A stretch of DNA of 63,218 nt, filler included, from Candidatus Babelota bacterium (GCA_017999075.1; 12 parts of 12 records of this genome joined end to end with filler, not necessarily neighbours in it), one strand, 5' to 3'; numbered from the whole stretch's first letter, positions 40,956 to 52,112 are shown. Notes: generated from the letters alone by a model not told the origin. Program-made: numbers and translations.

Positions 40956-41741
40956 TCAAATTAATTTTAACGCTTCTTCAACGCTAAAATTTTTATGAAC
41001 AATGTTATATACAGCTTTTGTAATGCCTGCAACATTTTTATGCTGAAAAATATTTCTGCCGATAGATACACCGTAAGACCCTGCACGCATAGCATCATAA
41101 ACCATATTTAAAAATTCTTCATCACTGGCCATTTTAGGACCTCCTGCTATTACTATTGGTGCAGGACAGGAATCAACTACTTCTTTAAATGTTTCATAAG
41201 ATCCTGTATAATTTGTCTTTATCAAATCAGCCCCAAATTCGCTCCCTATTCTTGCAACATGTTTTACTACATCAATATCAAATGGATTTTTTATTTTCGG
41301 ACCGCGTGGATACATCATAGCAATAAGCGGCATTCCCCAACGTTTACAACTCCAAGAAATAGTTCCAAGCTGACGAAGCATTTCGCATTCTGTTTCTGCG
41401 CCGATATTAATATGAACAGATACTGCATCAGCTCCATACTCAAGGGCTTCTTCTACTGTTGTCACTATAACTTTAGCGTCATTAGAATAAATAGTGCCGG
41501 CAGATAAATGAATTATTAATCCTAAATCTTTTCCATAACCGCGATGACCGTACATTGCTATTCCTTTATGGACTATTACAGCATTTACTCCGCCTTCAGC
41601 TATCAGGTTCGCAGTATCTGGAATGTTTTTTAACCCTTCAATAGGACCTACTGTCACACCATGATCCAGAGGAACTATCACGGTTTTTTTTGTTTGCCTG
41701 TCCAAAATTCTTTCCAATCTTATTTTCTTACCTATATTCAT
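40956..41741 (-). CDS. DhnA-type class I aldolase, likely 2-amino-3,7-dideoxy-D-threo-hept-6-ulosonate (ADH) synthase
   Basis: [58 protein letters not shown]. Confidence 0.85.
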   Translation of the reverse strand: MNIGKKIRLERILDRQTKKTVIVPLDHGVTVGPIEGLKNIPDTANLIAEGGVNAVIVHKGIAMYGHRGYGKDLGLIIHLSAGTIYSNDAKVIVTTVEEALEYGADAVSVHINIGAETECEMLRQLGTISWSCKRWGMPLIAMMYPRGPKIKNPFDIDVVKHVARIGSEFGADLIKTNYTGSYETFKEVVDSCPAPIVIAGGPKMASDEEFLNMVYDAMRAGSYGVSIGRNIFQHKNVAGITKAVYNIVHKNFSVEEALKLI

Positions 41742-41845
41742 AACATTTTTTATTTATTGAAAAAAAATAATTTATATTATAGCATTCTATTTTATATTTT
41801 ATTTATTATATTCAAGTAATTTCATATTGTCAATAATTAAATTTT

Positions 41846-43057
41846 ATGAGTTTATCAAAAAAAATTTTATTAATAGTAATTTCTCTATCAACAATAATTA
41901 ATTTTATTTTAAACGGAATGATAAATCCTGTTGCTCGCGGAGGGTATGATTTTCTTGTATTTTACAAAGCAGGGCAGGAAGCTTTATCTGAAGATCCTCA
42001 GCTTTATAAAACAGTAATGTATAGAAAAACTGAATATAATTATATACCTGTTGTTTCATATGCTTTCATTCCTTTTACTTTATTATCGGAAAAATCAGCA
42101 GTTTATATATGGTTTTCAATAAATATCATTTTATTATTTTATTGTTTTTATCTGTTGACAGAAATTTGCAAAATGATTTTCAATGATAAATTTTATATTA
42201 TGATTTTTTTTATTCTTTTTAATTTTAATCCTGTTCATGAAACTTTAAAATGGGGGCAAATAAATATTTTTGTATTCTGTCTTATTTTGCTCTGTATTTA
42301 TTTCTATTTTAAAAAAAAAAATATCCTGTCGGGAATTTTTTTAGGTTTATCAGTAGTCTTTAAAATTATACCTGTAATAATCATATTTTATTTCCTTATA
42401 ACAAAAAAATTTAAAATAATATTCTCATCTATAATTATAATTTTATTACTGCTTATTTTATCCATATCTATCTTTGGATTGAAAACTCATATTGATTATG
42501 TAACAAAAAAACTTCCTGCCACATCAGAACTCGGATACAAAGGAAATATATATGATCAATCGTTTCAAGGATTGTGTTTTAGATTTTTTTGGGCAGAAAA
42601 TGATTATGTTACTCCTTTTTATGATAATTATAAATTTGCAAAAATGTCTTCATTATTCTTGAGAACACTTTGTTTTATTATTTTAATTATGGTATTGTTA
42701 AAGTCAGCAAAATACTGCAATTCAGATATTGTTAAGCTATTATGCTTGTCAGTCACAGTTACAGGAATTCATTTAATGCATTCTCTAACATGGGAACATC
42801 ATTTGACATGGAGCGTTCTGCTGTTTGTTTCTGTTTTTGCAGTTATTAAAAATAAAAAATTATCTAAAACCTATTTTATTTCCGCATTGTTTTCATATCT
42901 GCTGGTTTCAATGAAATACGGATATGATAACAAAATATTAACTAACGGTCCTCTAATTATATTTACAGGAATAAAGTTATACGGCATAATAATTATATGG
43001 ATAATAGGTATATTGATGATATCGAAAAAAAAATTATTTGTTAAAAACTCATTGTGA
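41846..43057 (+). CDS. Glycosyltransferase family 87 (DUF2029, GT-C)
   Basis: DFLVFY, YNYIP, TLKWGQIN, FKIIP, DQS, TWEHH; multi-TM. Confidence 0.88.
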   Translation: MSLSKKILLIVISLSTIINFILNGMINPVARGGYDFLVFYKAGQEALSEDPQLYKTVMYRKTEYNYIPVVSYAFIPFTLLSEKSAVYIWFSINIILLFYCFYLLTEICKMIFNDKFYIMIFFILFNFNPVHETLKWGQINIFVFCLILLCIYFYFKKKNILSGIFLGLSVVFKIIPVIIIFYFLITKKFKIIFSSIIIILLLLILSISIFGLKTHIDYVTKKLPATSELGYKGNIYDQSFQGLCFRFFWAENDYVTPFYDNYKFAKMSSLFLRTLCFIILIMVLLKSAKYCNSDIVKLLCLSVTVTGIHLMHSLTWEHHLTWSVLLFVSVFAVIKNKKLSKTYFISALFSYLLVSMKYGYDNKILTNGPLIIFTGIKLYGIIIIWIIGILMISKKKLFVKNSL

Positions 43058-43344
43058 AAAATCATATAATTGAAAAATTAAAAGAACTAATCACTTTAAA
43101 AACTCTTGCAGGTGAAGACAAATTTAAAATCCGAGCTTATGAAAACGCTGTAAATTTCTTAGAAACTTCAGAAAATGATATTGAAGAATTGTTTAAATCT
43201 GGCAATTTAAAAAATGTAAAAATTATGTTGTCGCCCGATGTTCATCATAAAGAAAATTTTGAATATATTAAACTCGGTGGGGGTATGGCCAGAAAAGGAA
43301 TGCTAACTAAAAATGATGTTGTAAATACTTATGAACAAGCTTAA
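43054..43344 (+). pseudogene. polX: PolX-PHP remnant: N-terminal 8-kDa domain joined in frame to the PHP C-terminus
   Basis: LAGEDKFKIRAYENA (PolX N-terminus) followed directly by IMLSPDVHH...MARKGMLTKNDVVNT (PHP C-terminus). Confidence 0.8.
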
Positions 43345-43441
43345 TTAAAACAAATATTCTCATAAATACATCCTTTGTTTTTACAATATTCAAATGTATT
43401 TATCGGGAATAATTCTTTATTTGATAAATTATTTATTGAAA

Positions 43442-43541
43442 NNNNNNNNNNNNNNNNNNNNNNNNNNNNNNNNNNNNNNNNNNNNTTAATTAATTAANNN
43501 NNNNNNNNNNNNNNNNNNNNNNNNNNNNNNNNNNNNNNNNN
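43442..43541. other. Artificial contig linker
   Basis: N44-TTAATTAATTAA-N44. Confidence 0.99.
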
Positions 43542-43558
43542 CCCGACATCGTGTCGGG
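43542..43558. repeat. GC-rich short palindrome (REP-like) at contig start
   Basis: CCCGACA-TCG-TGTCGGG. Confidence 0.55.
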
Positions 43559-43588
43559 CGCGGAAGAATTAAGGAGCAAAATTTATAA

Positions 43589-46283
43589 ATGTTTACAAGA
43601 GATAATTTTGAGAATATACTGCATATTCTGAAATTCAAAAAAGATAAAAATATATACTATAAACATTTTCGCGGAACAGATTCATATTTAAGAATTGATA
43701 TTTCCAACGAAAACATCGAATATCCTGAAGATAAAGGATTAAAAATTAACGAACGGCAAACCTGCAATTTTTCTGCAAATGAAAATTTTGTAGTTTTTGA
43801 ATGCGTTCACAGATTATTGGAAAAAGGATATAAGCCGGAACATTTAGAACTTGAACCAAAATGGAAAGTCGGGCACGGTGCCAGCGGCGGCCGCGCCGAT
43901 ATTCTCATTAAAGATAATAATTCAAAACCATTGCTTTTGATAGAATGTAAAACTTTTGGAAAAGAATTTGAAAAAGCATGGAAAGATACGCAGATTGACG
44001 GCGGACAGTTATTCGGTTACGCTCAACAGATACCCGATACCAAGTTTTTATGTTTATATACTTCAGGCATTCAAGAAAACAATAATATCACTACGATTTC
44101 TCATATTATTTCACATACGGACAACACCAAAATATTAGAAGAAAATAAAAATCTCAAATCTTATGTAAAAGCTACAAATGTCAAAGAACGATTTGAAGTT
44201 TGGAAAGAAACATATTTACTTGAATACACGACAAAAGGAATTTTTGAACCAAATATACAGCCGTATCAAATTGGGAAAGATAAATATACGATTGAAGATT
44301 TAATGCCGTTTGATGCAAAAAATAAAGAAGGCAAATATCACGAGTTCCGAACGATTTTAAGAAAACATAATGTATCGGGCAGAGAAAACGCTTTTGATAT
44401 TTTAGTGAATTTATTTTTGTGTAAGATAGTTGATGAAACGCAAAATCCGAAAGATTTAAAATTTTTCTGGAAAGGCGTTGCATACGATAATTATTTTGAC
44501 CTTATTGATCGCCTTCAGGAACTTTATAAAATCGGAATGGATAAATTTCTTAATCAGGAAATCGTATATATTTCAAACAAAGAAATTGACGAGGCGTTCT
44601 GGACGGTAAAACAAAAACCTAACGCCACAAAACAACAAATAAAAGAATACTTTAGAAAACTTAAATTTTTTACGAACAATGATTTTGGTTTTGTTGATGT
44701 TCACAATGAAAAATTATTTTATCAGAACGCTAAAATACTGCTTGAAATTGTTCAGATGTGGCAGGATTTACGGCTTAAAACAAAGGAACAAAATCAATTT
44801 TTAGGCGATATGTTCGAGTTTTTTCTTGACAACGGCGTTAAACAATCAGAAGGACAATTTTTTACGCCGCTGCCGATTTGTAAATTTATTTTGATGTCGC
44901 TCCCGTTAGAAAAAATTATTAAAGATTATACAGAACCGCCGAAAGCTATTGATTATGCGTGCGGCGCAGGGCATTTTTTAACTGAATACGCCCAGCAGAT
45001 AAAACCTTTTATTGAGAAATATAAACAGATTGACATTTCGGCTTATTATAAGGCAATAACAGGAATCGAAAAAGAATACCGGCTTTCAAAAACCGCTAAA
45101 CTTTCATCGTTTATGTATGGTCAAGACGGAATTGATATAATATATTATGACGCGCTCGCAAGATACGGGAAAATCAAAGACAATCATTTTGATATACTTG
45201 TTACAAATCCGCCGTTTTCAGTAGAAGGATTTCTTGAAACGCTCGGCGATAAAATTCGCGCTAAATATGAATTGACTGATACTGTGTCGGATATTTCAAA
45301 CAACCGCAATATTCAGTGTTTTTTCATCGAACGCGCAAAACAAATTCTTGCCCCTAATGCAGTCGCTGGAATTATTGTGCCGTCGTCAGTGCTTTCTAAT
45401 TCTGATACAACGCATATTGCAACCCGCGAAATTATTTTAAAATATTTTGATATTGTTTCGCTTGTGGAACTTGGAAGCGGAACATTCGGCAAGACAGGAA
45501 CAAATACAATCGTATTATTTTTGCGCCGGAAAGCGCAATTGCCAGAACCGGCAGAACATTACAAAAACCGTGTAAACGACTGGTTTGATGAAAATGATAA
45601 GGACAAAGAAACTGAAATTTACGATGACGAATATTTAATAAAAAAATATTGCGAACATATAGAAATAGCACTTGACGATTATAAAACATTGTTAGAAGGG
45701 AAACCAAGCAAGAAACTTTTTGATTATGATATATTCAAAGATTATCAAAAGGATTTTGACACAAGCGCAGATATAAAAAATCTTAAAACAAAAAAATTCT
45801 ATAAAGATATGAACGAAACAGAACAACAGGCAGAAATAAGAAAACGCTTGTTATCATATCTGCAAAAAATTGAAAAAGAAAAATTGTATTATTGGACGCT
45901 TGCTTTTTCTATTCCTCAAAAAGTTTTAATAGTGAAAAGTCCGGCGGGCAACAAAGAACAAAAAAACTTTTTAGGTTATGAATGGAGCGCGGCTAAAGGA
46001 AACGAAGGAATAAAATATAACGGTGGAGATACTGTAGATAAAATTATAACGCCTTTATTTGACCCGAAAAATCCGAATAATGCTGAAAAAATAAATTATT
46101 ATATTCAAAAAAATTTTTGCGGCGAAGAAATAAATCAAGATGAATTTGAAAAAGTATCGGAATATGCAGAATATACGCGGCTCGTTGATTTGCTTGATTT
46201 TTCAAGAAAAGATTTTAATAAAGCAATATCCCTAACACCGAAAAAAAATATGGAGATTGAGACGAAGTGGGAAACTACACCAC
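43589..46283 (+). CDS. Fused restriction-modification enzyme (type IIG / type I-like R-M), N6-adenine MTase, 3' truncated
   Basis: Nuclease ELEPKW...GRADIL...LLIECK; GQFFTP; motif I DYACGAGHFL; motif IV NPPF; IVPSSVL; AAGGAG RBS. Confidence 0.92.
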
Positions 46284-46383
46284 NNNNNNNNNNNNNNNNN
46301 NNNNNNNNNNNNNNNNNNNNNNNNNNNTTAATTAATTAANNNNNNNNNNNNNNNNNNNNNNNNNNNNNNNNNNNNNNNNNNNN
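46284..46383. other. Artificial contig linker
   Basis: N44-TTAATTAATTAA-N44. Confidence 0.99.
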
Positions 46384-47599
46384 ATACAGGTTTTGGAAAA
46401 GCGATTGGTTTGAAATTGAAAATTACAGATGAATCCCTTAATGTATCGCCAACTTTGGTTTCTTTAAGTTTTACTAAAGTGGCAATATCGCCTGTTTACA
46501 ATTCCCCTGTTTCAACTCTTGTTTTGCCAATCATTACTGCGATTTGGCCTATTCTTTCTTTTGAATCTGTCCGTGAATTTATAACATCAACGCCTGATTT
46601 TAATTTTCCTGAATAACATTTTACATAAGTGAGTTCTCCAAGATGATCTTCAACTACAGTTTTGAATACTAATCCTGTGAATGGTTTATTTGGAGAAATT
46701 TCTAACTGTATTGTTTCTTCAGGAGAAGAGGGATTAACCATATCAATAGTTTTTTTATCTATAGGAGAAGAACCTAAACTTATTATTTTTTCAAACATAT
46801 TATTAAGACCGCAGTTTTTTGATGCTGAACCGCATAATACCGGAACAAGCAAATCATTTATTATTGCTTTTTTTAAATATTCGAACATTTCAGGTTCGCT
46901 GATAGTTTCGCCTCCGAGATATTTTTCCATTAATGCGTCATCTGTAACAGCGATTGCATCAATAAGTTTTGTCTGATATTCTTTAACATAATCGTTTAAA
47001 TCTGCGGGAATATCAATAATATCGGGCGGATTTCCATCTTCGCGCGCCTTATAAAATTTCATAGTCAATAAATCAATAATCCCTTTGAAGTTTGCAGCTT
47101 CGCCTACAGGGATTTGTAAAATAACAATTTTATCAGTTAACATTTTGCTTATTGAATCAACAGTTTTTTCAAATGCCGAATTTTCTATATCAAGTTTGTT
47201 TATGAAAATGAATTTTGAAGCCCGGTATTGTTTTAGAAGTTTCCATATTTTTAAAGTTGAAATTTGAACTCCTGCCACAGGATCTATCAATATTGCAGCA
47301 TTTTCTGCTATATGAATTGCTCCTATCAGTTCTCCTATAAAATCAGGATATCCGGGAGTATCAATAAAATTAAGTTTATGGTCCTTTGTTTCTATTGGAA
47401 AAATTTTTGATGATATGGTGAATTTTTTTTCTATTTCAAAAGGCAAGTAATCTACTTGCGAGGTTCCGTCCATTACGCTTCCAAGTCTTGTTATTACTTT
47501 TTTGTTGAATAATAAATGTTCCAGCAGAGTGGTTTTACCAACTCCGCTATGTGATAACAATGCAATATTCCGAATATTTTGCGCTTCGTATTGTTTCAT
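46384..47599 (-). pseudogene. fusA2: Elongation factor G paralog (EF-G2), with in-frame TAA at 46496-46498 and truncated by the contig end
   Basis: IRNIALLSHSGVGKTT, DTPGYPDF (Tyr for catalytic His), NKLD; reading continues in frame: GEL*TGDIATLVKLKETKVGDTL...FPKPV. Confidence 0.85.
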
Positions 47600-47759
47600 A
47601 AGTTACCATACCATCCTTTTATAAACCAAATCGCTTTATACCAAAAAAATTATTTTTTTATAAATTTTTCTGTGTGTTGCAATCAGGCAAATTAAATTAT
47701 AAAAATAAAATAAAATTACTGAAAAAGTTTATAAAATTTAATAAAAAATTCAAGAATTA

Positions 47760-49055
47760 TTATTCTTCGTCTTCAGAATCAGAATCTTCAGATCTGCTTT
47801 TCTTTTTAAAATCACCTTTACTGCGGCTTGATTTTTTATTGAAAGTTTTTCCTTTTTTACCGCCGCTTTGTTTTGCTTTTTTTAAAATAGCGTCTTCGAC
47901 TTCTTTCTGAAAATCAGGATCTGTTGCTTCTATAACTGTAACGAATTTTTTTCCTTCTTTTATTGAAGGCCATTTTACTTCGTCATCTTTAATTGTAAAA
48001 CCTGAAATTACTATAGAATTGTTGAATCCAACTTTAGGATATTTACCGTCTCTTACATTAACAAAAGAAATAGCAAGTTTTTCGGAAGACTTTCCGGTTT
48101 TTTTTGATTTTATCGAAGAAATAAAACTGTTGAAATTAGCGGCATTTTTTTTGTCTGCTTCAACATACGGAAATTCATGACCGCCTTTTTTAGATGTTCT
48201 CGAAGGAAATTTCACATCGGTTCCTAATGTAATGTTTGATATTTTTAAACAGTCGTTAACAATAATTTCAGTCCCGTTTGCGCCTTTATTATTTTTAGTA
48301 ATAACCACTTCACCGTATTTTTTTGAGCTTCTGCTTTTTCCTGAATTTTTTCCGGATTCATCGTCATCCCCTGAATCAGAAGCGGTTTTATAATCAAAAT
48401 TTTCTTCTTTAGCCTTTTCTTCAAATTTTGTCAATATTTCTTTTTCGATTTCTTCTTTATTAGCCTGATCTGCAAACACGAAAACATCTGATTTTGATTC
48501 ATCAAGAAGTGGCCAGTTTACTTCTAATGCTCCGCCTGCCATTTTTACCACTAATCCGGATAATTTTAAACCGTCTTTGGATACGATATTAACAAACGCC
48601 TTAACAGGGCTTGTTTTTCCGCCTTTCCCTTCAAATAAACTTATATCAATTACACCTGGAACTAATTTTTTTTGCTCGCCTTTAAAATCAACAGGTTTGT
48701 TGTTGCTGAAATCCAATACTGCATTTTTGATTTTAGTTATGAATAAATCCATTTTATCATTATCTGAAGATATAAAAGGTCTGTCCTGATCAGAACGTTT
48801 ATTTTTCTTTGAAGGCATTTCTACGCTTGTTCCGTCAACAGAAATACCATTTATAGTAATATTTTTATTAAGCTCTACGCTGAATGTTTCTTCTATTTTT
48901 TCTATTTTAGTTATTTCAAATTCTTCTCCGCCAGGTGCGGCTGCAGCTGATTTGGTAACTTCAATATTGCTTATTTCTTCATTGTTTCCCGTACATCCGA
49001 ATAACAATAATGATAATGTAATTAATAACCCCACAAATAATAATTGTTTTTTCAT
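47760..49055 (-). CDS. Lipoprotein with four tandem SpoVG-like domains
   Basis: Lipobox LLFG-C21; four repeats of a beta-meander, (V/E)x(M/W/F)P motif and C-terminal helix; AGGAG RBS. Confidence 0.65.
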   Translation of the reverse strand: MKKQLLFVGLLITLSLLLFGCTGNNEEISNIEVTKSAAAAPGGEEFEITKIEKIEETFSVELNKNITINGISVDGTSVEMPSKKNKRSDQDRPFISSDNDKMDLFITKIKNAVLDFSNNKPVDFKGEQKKLVPGVIDISLFEGKGGKTSPVKAFVNIVSKDGLKLSGLVVKMAGGALEVNWPLLDESKSDVFVFADQANKEEIEKEILTKFEEKAKEENFDYKTASDSGDDDESGKNSGKSRSSKKYGEVVITKNNKGANGTEIIVNDCLKISNITLGTDVKFPSRTSKKGGHEFPYVEADKKNAANFNSFISSIKSKKTGKSSEKLAISFVNVRDGKYPKVGFNNSIVISGFTIKDDEVKWPSIKEGKKFVTVIEATDPDFQKEVEDAILKKAKQSGGKKGKTFNKKSSRSKGDFKKKSRSEDSDSEDEE

Positions 49056-49118
49056 AAAAATATCTCCTGAAAAAAATTTTAAAAAGTTATTTTATTTTAT
49101 TACTAAAAAAAATCAAGA

Positions 49119-49218
49119 NNNNNNNNNNNNNNNNNNNNNNNNNNNNNNNNNNNNNNNNNNNNTTAATTAATTAANNNNNNNNNNNNNNNNNNNNNNNNNN
49201 NNNNNNNNNNNNNNNNNN
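49119..49218. other. Artificial contig linker
   Basis: N44-TTAATTAATTAA-N44. Confidence 0.99.
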
Positions 49219-50467
<1,249 letters not shown>

Positions 50468-50519
50468 TCAAAAAATGTTTTTTATTTATTTGAATCTAAA
50501 AAATTATAACAAACTTTTT

Positions 50520-51113
50520 TTAAATTAATTTATCATTTAAAATAATTTTCAAAGCTTCTTTCAAATTATATATTCTTACAATATTTTCTGGAGCTTTTTC
50601 CAATTGATTGCAAGGATAATCATAAAGCAAGACGGGAATTTTATACTTTGAAATTTTTAATGCAAAATCAAGGCAATCTTCTATCATTAGATCAAATTTG
50701 TATCCATTATTCAAACCTGTTATATATTTATCCTTATCACCTTGTTTCATATAAAGCAGTTTATCATATTTGAATTTATGTTTGTTCAACCATAGTTCTG
50801 TTTGTTCTCCCATAAACTCTTCAGGTCTGCTTGTTACTATTACCGTACAATATTTCTCTGATAATAGTTTCAAAAAATTATCAGCGCCTTTCATTGGTTT
50901 TATATCTGCCCATAATTTTTTTTTTGTGATATCTTTAAACGCCTGCATAATATCATCTGCATCAACATTCTTATAACATTTTTCAAATTCATAATGTTTA
51001 ATTTCATTTAATTCAAGGTTCTGATTAAACCTTTCATTGAAAAATGGTATAAACATTTTTATAGTATCAGCAATTACGCAATCAATATCTATTCCAATAT
51101 ACTTTTTTTTCAT
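50520..51113 (-). CDS. HAD-superfamily 5'(3')-nucleotidase (NT5C-like)
   Basis: IGIDIDCVIADT, IVTSR, WL, MIED, PCN. Confidence 0.85.
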   Translation of the reverse strand: MKKKYIGIDIDCVIADTIKMFIPFFNERFNQNLELNEIKHYEFEKCYKNVDADDIMQAFKDITKKKLWADIKPMKGADNFLKLLSEKYCTVIVTSRPEEFMGEQTELWLNKHKFKYDKLLYMKQGDKDKYITGLNNGYKFDLMIEDCLDFALKISKYKIPVLLYDYPCNQLEKAPENIVRIYNLKEALKIILNDKLI

Positions 51114-51319
51114 CTCGGATCCTTTAAAAATTTAAAAGCAATAAGAACCATTAAACCAATTATGCCTACAACAAATAAAAATTCAAATACCTGATATGCT
51201 CGTATTAAAAAAGCATTTGATATAAATGTTTTTGTTCGTTTTTTATGAAGAAGCATCTTATAAAAAAAAAGCCACTTTATATAAAACCAAAATGTTAGTT
51301 TTCCAAACAGCTGTTTCAT
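51110..51319 (-). CDS. Small hypothetical membrane protein
   Basis: ATG at 51319; C-terminal TM helix; ATGA overlap with the HAD gene. Confidence 0.55.
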   Translation of the reverse strand: MKQLFGKLTFWFYIKWLFFYKMLLHKKRTKTFISNAFLIRAYQVFEFLFVVGIIGLMVLIAFKFLKDPR

Positions 51320-51430
51320 AAGGATAAAAATATAATTTAATTGCAATAAAATTCAAGATAATTTTTTTTCAATTTAATTCTTCAACTTTTCCAAATCAAG
51401 AATCAATTCTTTAAAATTTTAAAAAAAAGA

Positions 51431-51459
51431 TTGCAAAAAATCCGATAATATTCTAAAAT
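51431..51459 (+). promoter_or_regulatory. Putative sigma70 promoter for apt
   Basis: TTGCAA, 17 nt, TAAAAT. Confidence 0.5.
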
Positions 51460-51518
51460 ATTAGCAGATTATAATTATTTATAACTATAAAAAAATCTGA
51501 CGGGGGTGTATAAATTAA

Positions 51519-51950
51519 ATGAAAGATTTAAAAGACATTATTAGAGATGTTCCTGATTTTCCTAAACAAGGAATTATTTTTAAAGATATAACTCCATTAC
51601 TCGGTAATGGAAAATATTTAAATAAAATGATAAAATTATTTTTAGAAAGCGTCAAAGATCTAAAAATAGATAAAGTTTTAGGAGCAGAGGCCCGAGGTTT
51701 TATTTTGGCCGCTCCTGTAGCATATAAACTTAAAACAGGTTTTGTTCCTGCCCGTAAACCAAAAAAATTACCGTATAAAACAATCTCCCAAAGTTTTAAT
51801 CTCGAATATGGTACTGACAGTTTTGAGATTCATACTGATTCCATCAAAGAAGGCGAAAATGTTTTAATCCTTGACGATGTCCTCGCTACAGGCGGAACTG
51901 CAGAAGCTTTAGTAAAACTTGTTGAAACTCTTGGCGGAAAAGTTGTGGGA
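51519..51950 (+). CDS. apt: Adenine phosphoribosyltransferase, 3' truncated
   Basis: IRDVPDFPKQGIIFKDITPLL, EARGF, RKPKKLP, LEYG, LDDVLATGGT. Confidence 0.97.
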
Positions 51951-52050
51951 NNNNNNNNNNNNNNNNNNNNNNNNNNNNNNNNNNNNNNNNNNNNTTAATT
52001 AATTAANNNNNNNNNNNNNNNNNNNNNNNNNNNNNNNNNNNNNNNNNNNN
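51951..52050. other. Artificial contig linker
   Basis: N44-TTAATTAATTAA-N44. Confidence 0.99.
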
Positions 52051-52104
52051 CAGTATATAAACATTAAACAAAATAATAACAAATAAAATATAAATATTTT
52101 TCAT
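52051..52104 (-). CDS. N-terminal signal peptide of the next gene (position expected for a secretin)
   Basis: MKNIYILFVIILFNVYIL, 8 nt after the PilO-like stop; cut by the contig end. Confidence 0.4.
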
Positions 52105-52112
52105 TTATTCCC

